From positions 1 through 64,000 of the forward strand of contig JAEOTZ010000056.1 of assembly GCA_016839585.1 (NCBI GenBank): a DNA stretch of 64,000 bases, in the 5' to 3' direction. The position numbers and the translations under genes were made by a program. The notes beneath the pieces are model-generated. The model was not told where the DNA came from. It ran no database searches and saw only the letters and a list, made by a program, of their open reading frames with translations. This DNA comes from Promethearchaeota archaeon (lineage in GTDB: Archaea > Asgardarchaeota > Lokiarchaeia > Sigyniarchaeales > SOKP01). Below, one piece after another: positions 19,989-28,342 of this stretch (position 1 is its first letter; each line of letters starts with the position of its first letter).

Positions 19989-20468
19989 TTAAAAATTATC
20001 TATTTCTCCGAGTATTGGTTTTTTTTCTTTTTCTATATATTTTTTCCGATTTTCTTCTATTTTAAAATCTCTCTGTGATTCTTCTAAGAATACAAGATCG
20101 AAAACTTCCTTTAACGCTACACAGATTAGCATTGCTTCTATAAGAGAAATCAGAAATGCCATCATTATTTCTAAATTATGTAAGTTTTTAAAGAAAATTG
20201 AAATAAAGAAAAAGAAATGAGGAGTATAAAGAATGGTAACTATTCCTAATCTTTTTCCAAATCTAATAATATTTTTATTCTCTAATTTAAAGACTTTTTC
20301 TAATCGAATAACTTCCATTAAGTAATATATACAAAACACTATATTTATAAAACATAGAATTACAATAAAATCTCTATCATGAGGATCCAATGCAATATAG
20401 GGTTTTAGAATAATTGATCCTATCATAAAAGTTAGTGAAAATAAAATTAAAACCAATCCTAAGGACAA
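19989..20468 (-). CDS. 4-TM membrane protein
   Basis: Four hydrophobic helices plus a charged C-tail; the true start may lie about 30 nt upstream (see findings). Confidence 0.7.
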   Translation of the reverse strand: MSLGLVLILFSLTFMIGSIILKPYIALDPHDRDFIVILCFINIVFCIYYLMEVIRLEKVFKLENKNIIRFGKRLGIVTILYTPHFFFFISIFFKNLHNLEIMMAFLISLIEAMLICVALKEVFDLVFLEESQRDFKIEENRKKYIEKEKKPILGEIDNF

Positions 20469-20564
20469 TAACCCATCATGAAAATCTTTATAATCTAAAG
20501 TATTATCACCTTAAATTAGAATGTAATCTTTCTCCAAATTGCTTAATACAATTAAAACTTTAAT

Positions 20565-20598
20565 TTTGATTTATATTTAGATCAAACCTTAAATCAAA
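20565..20598. promoter_or_regulatory. inverted repeat TTTGATTTA...TAAATCAAA in a divergent promoter region
   Basis: TTTGATTTA 20565-20573, TAGATCAAA 20578-20586, TAAATCAAA 20590-20598. AT-rich, so partly expected by chance. Confidence 0.3.
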
Positions 20599-20672
20599 TA
20601 AAACTGCTTCTAATTAATATCATTTAATGATTAATTATGGTAATTTTTATTTTAGGGAAACTTTATCTAATT

Positions 20673-20954
20673 ATGTCTATCACAAAGGAGCAAATTGCAC
20701 TATTGCTTTATATTAAAAATATGCTTGCAGATTTAATCTATATTAATGGTGTAATTGCAACAGAATTAATTAAAGTAACAGAAAATACAGCTGTAATTCG
20801 TCGTGGAGAAGAATTTTTAAGTACAACTAATTGTCTTGCAGAGCATAAAGAACTAAACGAAAAAATAATTGAGATAGTTAAGAAATATAAGAATCCTGAG
20901 GATTTCATAAGCCTAGAAAAACATGTATTAACGCATTTAGACAATTCTGAATAA
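20673..20954 (+). CDS. hypothetical protein
   Basis: ORF 20637-20954; likely start ATG 20673 (MSITKEQ). Confidence 0.7.
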   Translation: MSITKEQIALLLYIKNMLADLIYINGVIATELIKVTENTAVIRRGEEFLSTTNCLAEHKELNEKIIEIVKKYKNPEDFISLEKHVLTHLDNSE

Positions 20955-21012
20955 ATTAAAATAGATTTTTATCCAAAAATTCAAATATTAACAATAGAGG
21001 TATAATTAATTT

Positions 21013-21453
21013 ATGTCTAAGGATGATTTTGATGAATTTGTTAATAAACTTCAAAAAGAGATTATTGACAAAGAGCTTAAGGAATTTAATGAGAGAATTA
21101 TAGAATTGTTCCATAATCCGAGAAATTGGGGTAAACCACCCAATGATGAAATAACTGAAAGCCATATTTATGAGGGTTCTTGTGGAGATACTATGCAATT
21201 TTTTTTAAAAATCAAAAATAATAAAATTGAAAAAGCTAATTTTATTACTGATGGATGTGGTGCTACTGTTGCATGTGGAAGTCAAATAACTATGCTAATC
21301 GAGGGGAGATCGTTGGAATTTGCTGAAAATCTAAAATCAAAAGATATAGAAATGGCTCTAAATGGTCTTCCAGAAGATCATAAACATTGTGCTGAACTAG
21401 CTATAAGAACTTTAAGAAGGTTAATTGAAAAATATAAATATAAAAAAAATTAA
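21013..21453 (+). CDS. IscU/NifU-N-type Fe-S scaffold protein
   Basis: F.NPRN.G, GSCGD, F...GCGA..ACGS, L.GLP..H.HCA.LA. Confidence 0.9.
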   Translation: MSKDDFDEFVNKLQKEIIDKELKEFNERIIELFHNPRNWGKPPNDEITESHIYEGSCGDTMQFFLKIKNNKIEKANFITDGCGATVACGSQITMLIEGRSLEFAENLKSKDIEMALNGLPEDHKHCAELAIRTLRRLIEKYKYKKN

Positions 21454-21462
21454 TCTTGTTTC

Positions 21463-22185
21463 ATGATGGAAGATATTATAATTGAAAATATTGATATTCC
21501 TGTAAATTCAGGTAATATCAATCTTAAAGGTTCAATATATTATACCTTAGATACTCCATCAAAAGCTCCTTTTATTGTGATTTTAGGGGGTCTAAGGGAT
21601 CATAGAGAAACTCCTTTTGTAAAATCTTATACTGAAAAATTTGCTAAAGCAGGATGTTATGTTCTATCCTATGATTATCGGGCTCATGGAGAAACTAAAA
21701 AACAGACAGGTTCAATATGGTATAAAATGGTTTTACAAATATTTTCAGATATTCACTTAGTAATTGACTGGATTATAGAGAAGCAATTCAATAGGCTTTT
21801 GGAAGAAAAAATATTTTTATTTGGCAGAAGCATGGGAGGCGCAATAATATTAACCCATGGGTATACTGATCATAGAGTGAAGAGGAACATAGCCCTCTGC
21901 ACAAGATATGATTATAGCACGACTACAATAAAGTTTCAAGAAGATATTATCAAAAAAATAAGTCCTAAATATTTTTTAAAAAAAGATCCTTTAAATAAAA
22001 GAATATTGATCGCGCATTGCAAGGATGATCAAAGAATCCCATTTGAAAATTTTTTTCAAATAAAAAAACAACTTGGATTAAATGATGAAAATGCAATTGA
22101 GTTTGATACTGGAGGACATTCTTTTAAAGGTCATCGAGAAGAAATTTTTAAATATTCTATTGAATTTCTAAAAGAGTTAGAATAA
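21463..22185 (+). CDS. alpha/beta hydrolase
   Basis: YDYRAHGE, GRSMGG nucleophile elbow, H..DD..IP, GGH. Confidence 0.85.
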   Translation: MMEDIIIENIDIPVNSGNINLKGSIYYTLDTPSKAPFIVILGGLRDHRETPFVKSYTEKFAKAGCYVLSYDYRAHGETKKQTGSIWYKMVLQIFSDIHLVIDWIIEKQFNRLLEEKIFLFGRSMGGAIILTHGYTDHRVKRNIALCTRYDYSTTTIKFQEDIIKKISPKYFLKKDPLNKRILIAHCKDDQRIPFENFFQIKKQLGLNDENAIEFDTGGHSFKGHREEIFKYSIEFLKELE

Positions 22186-22236
22186 AGAAAATTATAAATT
22201 AAAAAATGATAATATAATATTAAAAGGTGAAATTAG

Positions 22237-23139
22237 ATGGAAAAGATCTTAATCGTAGGACCCGCATCTCAAATCCTTGGAGTAAAAATCGCAAAAGAGT
22301 TAGGAATTGAAGCAATAAATACTGAAGTTAAGAAATTTCCAGATGGGGAAAACTACCTAAGAATTAATATTGAGGATGAAACTATAATAGCTGGAAAAGA
22401 AGTTATTATTATTCAATCAACAGGACCTAGTTCGAATAATAATCAAAATGCCAGATTAATGGAACTTTTTATGATGATTAATTCTGTTAAGCGTATGGGC
22501 GCATCAAAAATCATTGTTGTTGTACCCTATCTTGCATATGCTCGCCAAGATAAAATATTTAGGCCAGGAGAAACTCAATTTGGTCATGTTATTATACATA
22601 TTATTAATTCCTTAGGTATAGATGAATTTTATACTGTAGATGTTCACGCTCCAGTGATTTTAGAGAAATGTTCATGTAAAGCAATTAATATTGACTCAAT
22701 GAAACTTCTAGCAGATAATATAAAAACTCTTGGAGCAGAAGATATCGTTGTAGTATCACCTGATAAGGGAGGAATTGAGAGATCAAAAGCTTTTGCAAAA
22801 TATTTTGGAGAAAGTGTTCCTGTTGACGTGTTCGAGAAAAGTAGAGATGTAAAAACAGGTGAAATTAAGATGTCAGGAAAGTTGAGCCTTAAAGGTAAAG
22901 ATGTTGTTATTGCAGATGATATTATTGCAACAGGAGGTACTATGGCGACAGCAATTAAATTAGCTAGAGAAAGCGGAGCAAAAAGAATTTATGCTGTAGC
23001 TACGCACGCATTATTGTTAGATCAAGCTAAATATCGAATATTGAAAGCAGGCGCAGATAAAATAATTGGTACTGACTCAATTGATAATGAAGTAAGTACA
23101 GTTTCTTTAGCAAAAATAATTGTTGATTATTTAAAATAG
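22237..23139 (+). CDS. prs: ribose-phosphate pyrophosphokinase
   Basis: FPDGE, PYLAYARQD, SPDKGG, DDIIATGGT, ATHA. Confidence 0.95.
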   Translation: MEKILIVGPASQILGVKIAKELGIEAINTEVKKFPDGENYLRINIEDETIIAGKEVIIIQSTGPSSNNNQNARLMELFMMINSVKRMGASKIIVVVPYLAYARQDKIFRPGETQFGHVIIHIINSLGIDEFYTVDVHAPVILEKCSCKAINIDSMKLLADNIKTLGAEDIVVVSPDKGGIERSKAFAKYFGESVPVDVFEKSRDVKTGEIKMSGKLSLKGKDVVIADDIIATGGTMATAIKLARESGAKRIYAVATHALLLDQAKYRILKAGADKIIGTDSIDNEVSTVSLAKIIVDYLK

Positions 23140-23151
23140 AGTATTTTTACC

Positions 23152-23694
23152 TTAATAGTTATGAATTAAATCTAAAACTAATTTTCTAATTCTTTCTTTA
23201 AGATCTTCCTTAGTTGAATCATTTTTAATTGTGTAATCTGCATTATTTAAAACCTCTTCAAGACCAAATTCGATTTCTCTCTTATCTCTATCTTTTAAAT
23301 CATCAATACTTTTTGGATCATCACTTCGAGCTCTTTCAAAAAGTCTTTTAAACCTTCTTTTCTCTTCTAGAACTATAGCAATTATAGGAAATTTCCAGTG
23401 TTTTCGAAAAACCTTTACTTCAGCCATAGATCTCAATCCGTCAATAAAAATAATGTTATTATATTGCTTATTTATTAAGTCTACACATTTTTCAGCAATT
23501 ATATTAGGACCGTTATTTAACCTCAATTCCTTAGCAATTTTGCCTAAATTTTCACTAGTAGGTTCAAGCTTTCTTTTCTTTGCCTCATTTCTAATAATAT
23601 CACCCATTATAATGACAGATCCTAAATTTCTTATTGCATCTATCGCTGTACTTTTACCAGCACCGGGAAGACCGCAAATAGCTAGTACTTTCAT
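23152..23694 (-). CDS. P-loop kinase, UPF0200/dephospho-CoA kinase-like
   Basis: GLPGAGKST, MGDIIR, IDGLRS..EV, R.RSDD, RD.RE..FG. Confidence 0.8.
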   Translation of the reverse strand: MKVLAICGLPGAGKSTAIDAIRNLGSVIIMGDIIRNEAKKRKLEPTSENLGKIAKELRLNNGPNIIAEKCVDLINKQYNNIIFIDGLRSMAEVKVFRKHWKFPIIAIVLEEKRRFKRLFERARSDDPKSIDDLKDRDKREIEFGLEEVLNNADYTIKNDSTKEDLKERIRKLVLDLIHNY

Positions 23695-23792
23695 TTTTAA
23701 AGAAATTGGACATTAAAACAATTTATATATTAAATCTTTATTTAAATTCTATATAGAATAAGAAATAAAGTTTTAAAAAAAAAAAGGAAATA

Positions 23793-24914
23793 ATGAAAAA
23801 GAAAAAGATAGATCCTTATTATTCACCTGCTCATTTGACATATAAAGCATATAGAAAAATTTGTGGTTATGCTATAAGATATGCAAATGATCATTTAGAT
23901 GAGAGTAAATGGCGTGAAGTATATGGTATCTTAATAGGATCAGTAGAAAATGAAGCTGAAGTTAAAATAAAAGATGCAATTCCAATGGTAGTTGGAGATA
24001 GAGCAGGTGTAAAATATGAAAATAAACAATACGTTGATATGGCACAAATTGATGCCTCAGTCTTTGAAAGATCTATCCAAGATAAAAGAAATGATTTTAT
24101 AATTGGTTGGTGGCATACACATCCAGGTTTTGGTTTTTTTTATTCTCCAATTGATTGTATGACTCAATTAGGTTACCAAATCCCTAATCCTTACGCTCTT
24201 GGATTAGTCTTTGATCATTGTGAAAGAAAATCAGATTCACATTTTTTAGGAGTAGCTGGGTTAAGATTAAAAGATCCAAATAGAGGCATTTCTTCTACTT
24301 ATAATCTTATCGAATTGAAATACGAGTTAAAGAAGGAAATAATGCTTAAAAATTCTGAAAAAGAAATAGATAAAATCAATAAAAATATGAAGAAAGTAAT
24401 AGAAGAAGTTAATTATATTGATCAGACACTCCGTAAGAAAGCACTGGCTCAATTACAAAGAAATTTTGGATTAATTTTAGTACCTAAGGAAGATATTGTA
24501 GTGACTGATAATGAACAAGAAGCTGGGGAGGATGAACGATATCTATATGAGTGGGATCCTGCGTTTTTCAAAAAATCATATCGAATTCCTAAATTTAGGG
24601 AAAAGATAGAGAAGGTAATATCAGATATTTACGACGAGTTGGATGAATTAATCGAAAAGAATGAGCATGAAAAATATAAGTTAAGAAAAGAAAAACTGCA
24701 AAAAAAAGTCCAAAATATGTTAAAAAAACCTAATGAATGGTATGAACGATTAATGGAGGATTTTTCTAAAAGAATAGAAGTGATATTTCCCTATTACGAT
24801 TACTTAGATACTAATGAGAGAAAAGTAATTGAATATTTTGAAGAAAGAAGTTCTGAGTATAATAAAATATTGGAAGAGCTAAATTCTCGAGTAGAACTAA
24901 ATTTTCTCGCCTAA
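23793..24914 (+). CDS. JAMM/MPN+ metalloprotease (Rpn11/CSN5-like) with helical C-terminal extension
   Basis: EVYGILIG and GWWHTHPGFGFFYSPID give an intact E..HxH-x7-S-x2-D motif; ALGLVFD. Confidence 0.85.
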   Translation: MKKKKIDPYYSPAHLTYKAYRKICGYAIRYANDHLDESKWREVYGILIGSVENEAEVKIKDAIPMVVGDRAGVKYENKQYVDMAQIDASVFERSIQDKRNDFIIGWWHTHPGFGFFYSPIDCMTQLGYQIPNPYALGLVFDHCERKSDSHFLGVAGLRLKDPNRGISSTYNLIELKYELKKEIMLKNSEKEIDKINKNMKKVIEEVNYIDQTLRKKALAQLQRNFGLILVPKEDIVVTDNEQEAGEDERYLYEWDPAFFKKSYRIPKFREKIEKVISDIYDELDELIEKNEHEKYKLRKEKLQKKVQNMLKKPNEWYERLMEDFSKRIEVIFPYYDYLDTNERKVIEYFEERSSEYNKILEELNSRVELNFLA

Positions 24915-25129
24915 TTTATTTAAATTAATTTCTTAAAATATCTTAATTAGATATTAAGAACATTCGACAGATTTAGAAATTTTTCAAATCTTATTTTAAA
25001 ACTTAAATATTTCGAGATCATATATCAGTTTAAGAATTTAACAAAATTTTATATTAATTGGAGTATTAATTGATATATCATACTTCTTTTAAATTAATTA
25101 GAAAATATTTTTACCAATGATATTCTATC

Positions 25130-25456
25130 ATGGCAAATGAGACAACACTCATCATAAAGAATAGAGCTGAAAAAGAAAAAACAATAAAAAATGCGATTTT
25201 TGCATTATCGGGTGGGAAAAAAGCCCTTTTGATAAAAGGAGAAGGAGAAGAAATCAGTACAGCTGTAGAAATTGCAGAAATTCTTAAGCATAGAATGTAT
25301 CCTAGTGTAGAAATCGCCAATGTGTCTTTAGGGAGCCGTCCATTTTTTAACAAAGGACAAGGAGGAAACTACAATAGAAAAAATAGAAATAATAAAAACA
25401 AAAAAGATCTTATTTCTAAAATTGAAATTACGCTTAAAATGAAATCATATATTTAA
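25130..25456 (+). CDS. divergent Alba-family nucleic acid-binding protein
   Basis: LLIKGEG.EISTAVEIAEILK, I..V.LGS, ISKIEITL match the Alba pattern; N/K/G-rich insertion in the beta-hairpin. Confidence 0.7.
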   Translation: MANETTLIIKNRAEKEKTIKNAIFALSGGKKALLIKGEGEEISTAVEIAEILKHRMYPSVEIANVSLGSRPFFNKGQGGNYNRKNRNNKNKKDLISKIEITLKMKSYI

Positions 25457-25460
25457 TTCC

Positions 25461-25631
25461 ATGACTTCTAATTTTAAACACTTAGGTCCATTATTAGAAG
25501 AAACACGTACTCAAGCAGTTTGTGAGATATGTAAGAATTTTATTTATAAACGTGTTTATTTCGATGAAAATTCTAAGGAAAAAAGAAAAATTGTCTTTGT
25601 TTGCAAAAATTGCTTAAATAATAATGAGTAA
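25461..25631 (+). CDS. 56-aa C4 zinc-finger protein (missed by ORF track)
   Basis: MTSNFKHLGPLLEETRTQAVCEICKNFIYKRVYFDENSKEKRKIVFVCKNCLNNNE*; two CxxC; starts 4 nt after the Alba stop. Confidence 0.75.
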   Translation: MTSNFKHLGPLLEETRTQAVCEICKNFIYKRVYFDENSKEKRKIVFVCKNCLNNNE

Positions 25632-25650
25632 TAACTTAAAATCTTCTGTT

Positions 25651-26436
25651 TTAACGTTCTTTAGCTTTTATTTTACTTCTTTTATCAATAAACTTATTCC
25701 AATCAAATGCCAGAATGAAAAACATGATGGTAAGTGTAGCTATAAGCATTAAAGCTTCAGTTATCACGCTTGAAACATCATTAAGTTCGACTTCAGAAGC
25801 AGAAATTCCTAAATTAATCAAAATAGGAAGAAAAACATAAAATAAGGTTGTAAAATTTTTACCAATCCATCCAAAAAGAAGACACTTAAAAAAATTTATT
25901 TTTTCCTTTGACATTCCTAAAGCTATCCATAGCGGATCATCTGGAATTGGAAGAGCTGCTGCTATGAATATATATAGATACATACTTTTTGGATGTTCTA
26001 AAACTAATCTACCAAACCCTTGAACATTTTCTAAAGTTTTTGATTCTGATATTGAAGCCATTTTCTGAGCTCCTCTTCCCAATAAAAAACTTGTAAGTTC
26101 ACCTAAAGCAGCACCTAGCCCACCAGCGATCCCAAGACCAAAGATTAGTATTAAACCACTATGCCCAAATTCTGTGATGATTGAATTTGAAAAGAAAAAG
26201 AGTATAAAGGGAAATGGCACAGGAAATCCGATACTAGCACTTCCAAGAAGACAAATAATAAGGGAGATAAATAGTGCCCAAAAATAATTTGTACCTTCTG
26301 TTATATACGCTAATTTTTGTCTTGAATTATTAATAGCATCTTGAAAATCAGGGACAAATAAATATAATAATAAGTAAATTATAACGCAAACATAAAATAG
26401 TAGAAATACAATTGAAAGTCTTCTCGAAACAGCCAT
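25651..26436 (-). CDS. DedA/VTT (SNARE-associated-like) membrane protein
   Basis: PVPF, AGGLGAALGELTSFLLGRG, AALPIPDD and GK motifs. Confidence 0.8.
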   Translation of the reverse strand: MAVSRRLSIVFLLFYVCVIIYLLLYLFVPDFQDAINNSRQKLAYITEGTNYFWALFISLIICLLGSASIGFPVPFPFILFFFSNSIITEFGHSGLILIFGLGIAGGLGAALGELTSFLLGRGAQKMASISESKTLENVQGFGRLVLEHPKSMYLYIFIAAALPIPDDPLWIALGMSKEKINFFKCLLFGWIGKNFTTLFYVFLPILINLGISASEVELNDVSSVITEALMLIATLTIMFFILAFDWNKFIDKRSKIKAKER

Positions 26437-26462
26437 GTTTAAAACTAAATTTTTTGTTTAAT

Positions 26463-26849
26463 CTATACTCTAAGAATTTTAGTATTTAATCCATTCCTTG
26501 CTTTTAATAATAATTCGAGATTACTCATAACTTTTCCTACTATATTTACCTTATTTGACATTTCAAGAGCTTCTATAATTATTATTAATTCATCGGTTTT
26601 AGGATTATATACAATATCCCCCTCTTTCACTTCTGAAACTGATTTATTATTTAGTCCTTTATAAATTTTTATACCTGGTAGTGTCCAGTATTTTTTAGAA
26701 CCAAAGCTAAATCGTCCACGAAGAATAATTGGCATTTTATTAATTATAGCGTCTGCAGAAAAAGGCGATAGGTGTCTTTTAATTTGTCCTTTTAGCGTTC
26801 CAATGCCGTATAATTCAATTTTAATAGGTATTTGTCCTTGATCTGTCAT
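26463..26849 (-). CDS. cyclophilin-like fold protein (DUF369-like)
   Basis: RHLSP....I...MP, V.EGDIVY.P...L.I, VNIVGKV. Confidence 0.7.
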   Translation of the reverse strand: MTDQGQIPIKIELYGIGTLKGQIKRHLSPFSADAIINKMPIILRGRFSFGSKKYWTLPGIKIYKGLNNKSVSEVKEGDIVYNPKTDELIIIIEALEMSNKVNIVGKVMSNLELLLKARNGLNTKILRV

Positions 26850-26954
26850 ATTTTATAAATAAAGTAAATACAGATTTATATATTGTTTCAAAATGAAAAT
26901 TATTTTAAACTTCAAAAATTGTGCTTTAAAGGTATGAATATGCTTTAAATTTTA

Positions 26955-26971
26955 ATAAAAACATTTAAATA
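26955..26971 (+). promoter_or_regulatory. candidate BRE/TATA promoter of the ncRNA
   Basis: Purine-rich ATAAAAACA followed by TTTAAATA (26964-26971), about 25 nt before G26995/26996, matching archaeal promoter geometry. Confidence 0.55.
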
Positions 26972-26995
26972 GTCAAATTGTTATATATTTAATTG

Positions 26996-27461
26996 GATGG
27001 ATAATAGGTCTAATAATGCATTGGAGTAGTTACATAAAATCAAATCAAATAACAACAAATTTGTAACAATATTTCTAATGTAATCGTTATTTCCGACAAT
27101 ATTTTTTTATTTGATATCTCAAGGAGTAAATAAATACTCTGTATCTTTTCTAAAGTTATTTCATGATGTTCCTGTAGTATCTTATACAGTAGAACTAAAT
27201 ATAAACATCTAAGCGAGCAGTTTTAATGGATTTACGCTTATATTACTGATGAAAATAGAGATTCACACACTTTGTTACTCAAATTCTTGTCGAGCGTGTA
27301 TTTTTTTTTTGAAACACGAGACATTAAAACAGAGTCTAACATTAAAAAATGTGTGCTAAAGAATAGGAGCTTTGATTACAGATTTGTTTCATATGGGTAT
27401 AATATCGTTAATTCCTTACTTACTACAAATCTGAGTAATATCTGAGTTCCTATTGTCCATC
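26996..27461 (+). ncRNA. candidate large (~466 nt) structured non-coding RNA of unknown family
   Basis: No + strand ORF. Ends pair (GATGGATAATAGG 26996-27008 / CCTATTGTCCATC 27449-27461, one G-U). At least 8 internal helices with G-U-type deviations on the + strand, a canonical k-turn, upstream TATA and downstream T11. Confidence 0.7.
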
Positions 27462-28342
27462 TTTTTTTTTTTAATATTATAATTAGACAAATCCAATTTA
27501 GAATCAATATCATAAAATTCAAATCTATTATCAATTTCAACGGCAATTATTTTTTCTCCATTATTAATCATATAATTAATAATTTCCCATATTGTGTTTA
27601 CTGAGACTTTTCCTTTTAATTTTAAAAACTCACTCACTATTTTGAAATTAAATAAGAATACTGGTATTGCTTGCCTTATAAACTCTATATCTTGAAAAAC
27701 TCTCAAATCTTCTTGTTGAATTGCTCTTAAAAAGGTTTTCGAATTTTTTCTTTCAATTTGGATAATTGATATGAACTTGGGGGATTTTTGAATAATCTTG
27801 TTATGTTTTTCTTTTAAAATATTAACTTTTATTTTTCTGTAAAAAATTATTGGATATTCTTGAATGAGATTAGAATTATTCATTAGTGTAATAATAAGTT
27901 CATTTAGAAGACTAAACTCAAATATTGTGTCTCCAGGAATTACGAGAAATAGATTACTTTTCTTAAAAATCATATTATTCTTAGTTATAGATAAGAATGA
28001 ATATAAAGGACCTAACTTATAATCAATACCTGAATCAATAATTAATAATCTAGCTGTTAGGTATTTTTTTGTTTTTTTAAGTGAAGAAATAAATTCATCA
28101 ATTTGATATCCTAAATGTCCTTTAATTACTGCTATTTGGTTTATTCCTAGCTTTATAAAATTATTTATGGTATGATGTAAAATCGTACTATTATTTAAAG
28201 ATTTAATTTTCAATAATGGTTTTGGTATATTTTGAGTGATTTCCTTGAAGCGTGTTCCCTCTCCTGCGCATAAAATAATAATTGAGATTTTACTTCGAAT
28301 TTCATTCTTCAGTGGTAACAATTGTATTCCCTTCCTTATCAA
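27416..28342 (-). CDS. nucleotidyltransferase (NTP_transferase family)
   Basis: IILCAGEGTRF..IT..IPKPLL, PGD, YDIDS..DL. The start is uncertain (overlaps map); the C-terminal tail overlaps the ncRNA 3' end in antisense. Confidence 0.8.
   Translation of the reverse strand: MIRKGIQLLPLKNEIRSKISIIILCAGEGTRFKEITQNIPKPLLKIKSLNNSTILHHTINNFIKLGINQIAVIKGHLGYQIDEFISSLKKTKKYLTARLLIIDSGIDYKLGPLYSFLSITKNNMIFKKSNLFLVIPGDTIFEFSLLNELIITLMNNSNLIQEYPIIFYRKIKVNILKEKHNKIIQKSPKFISIIQIERKNSKTFLRAIQQEDLRVFQDIEFIRQAIPVFLFNFKIVSEFLKLKGKVSVNTIWEIINYMINNGEKIIAVEIDNRFEFYDIDSKLDLSNYNIKKKKMDNRNSDITQICSK
27462..27472 (+). terminator. oligo-T terminator immediately after the closing helix
   Basis: T11 run directly follows ...GTCCATC. 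Confidence 0.6.

Noticed and set aside
27236-27398. Hammerhead ribozyme (CUGAUGA 27246-52, GAAAC 27311-15, GUU 27386-88)
   Set aside because: Stem II would be only weak A-U pairs around a ~50-nt insert, stem III is very short, and the fold conflicts with stronger helices (27379-87/27425-33).
26996-27461. Identity as RNase P, RNase MRP or SRP RNA
   Set aside because: No GAGGAAAGUC/GAAAGUCCCC P4 motif or 3' GGCUUA partner, and no GNRA-capped SRP helix 6/8. The UGUAA (27079) and AGCAG (27216) matches are isolated. A covariance search is still needed to exclude a very divergent member.
26996-27461. MITE with 13-bp terminal inverted repeats
   Set aside because: No target-site duplication seen; strand-biased G-U pairs, promoter, terminator and k-turn fit an RNA gene better; no second copy in the window. 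Not fully excluded.
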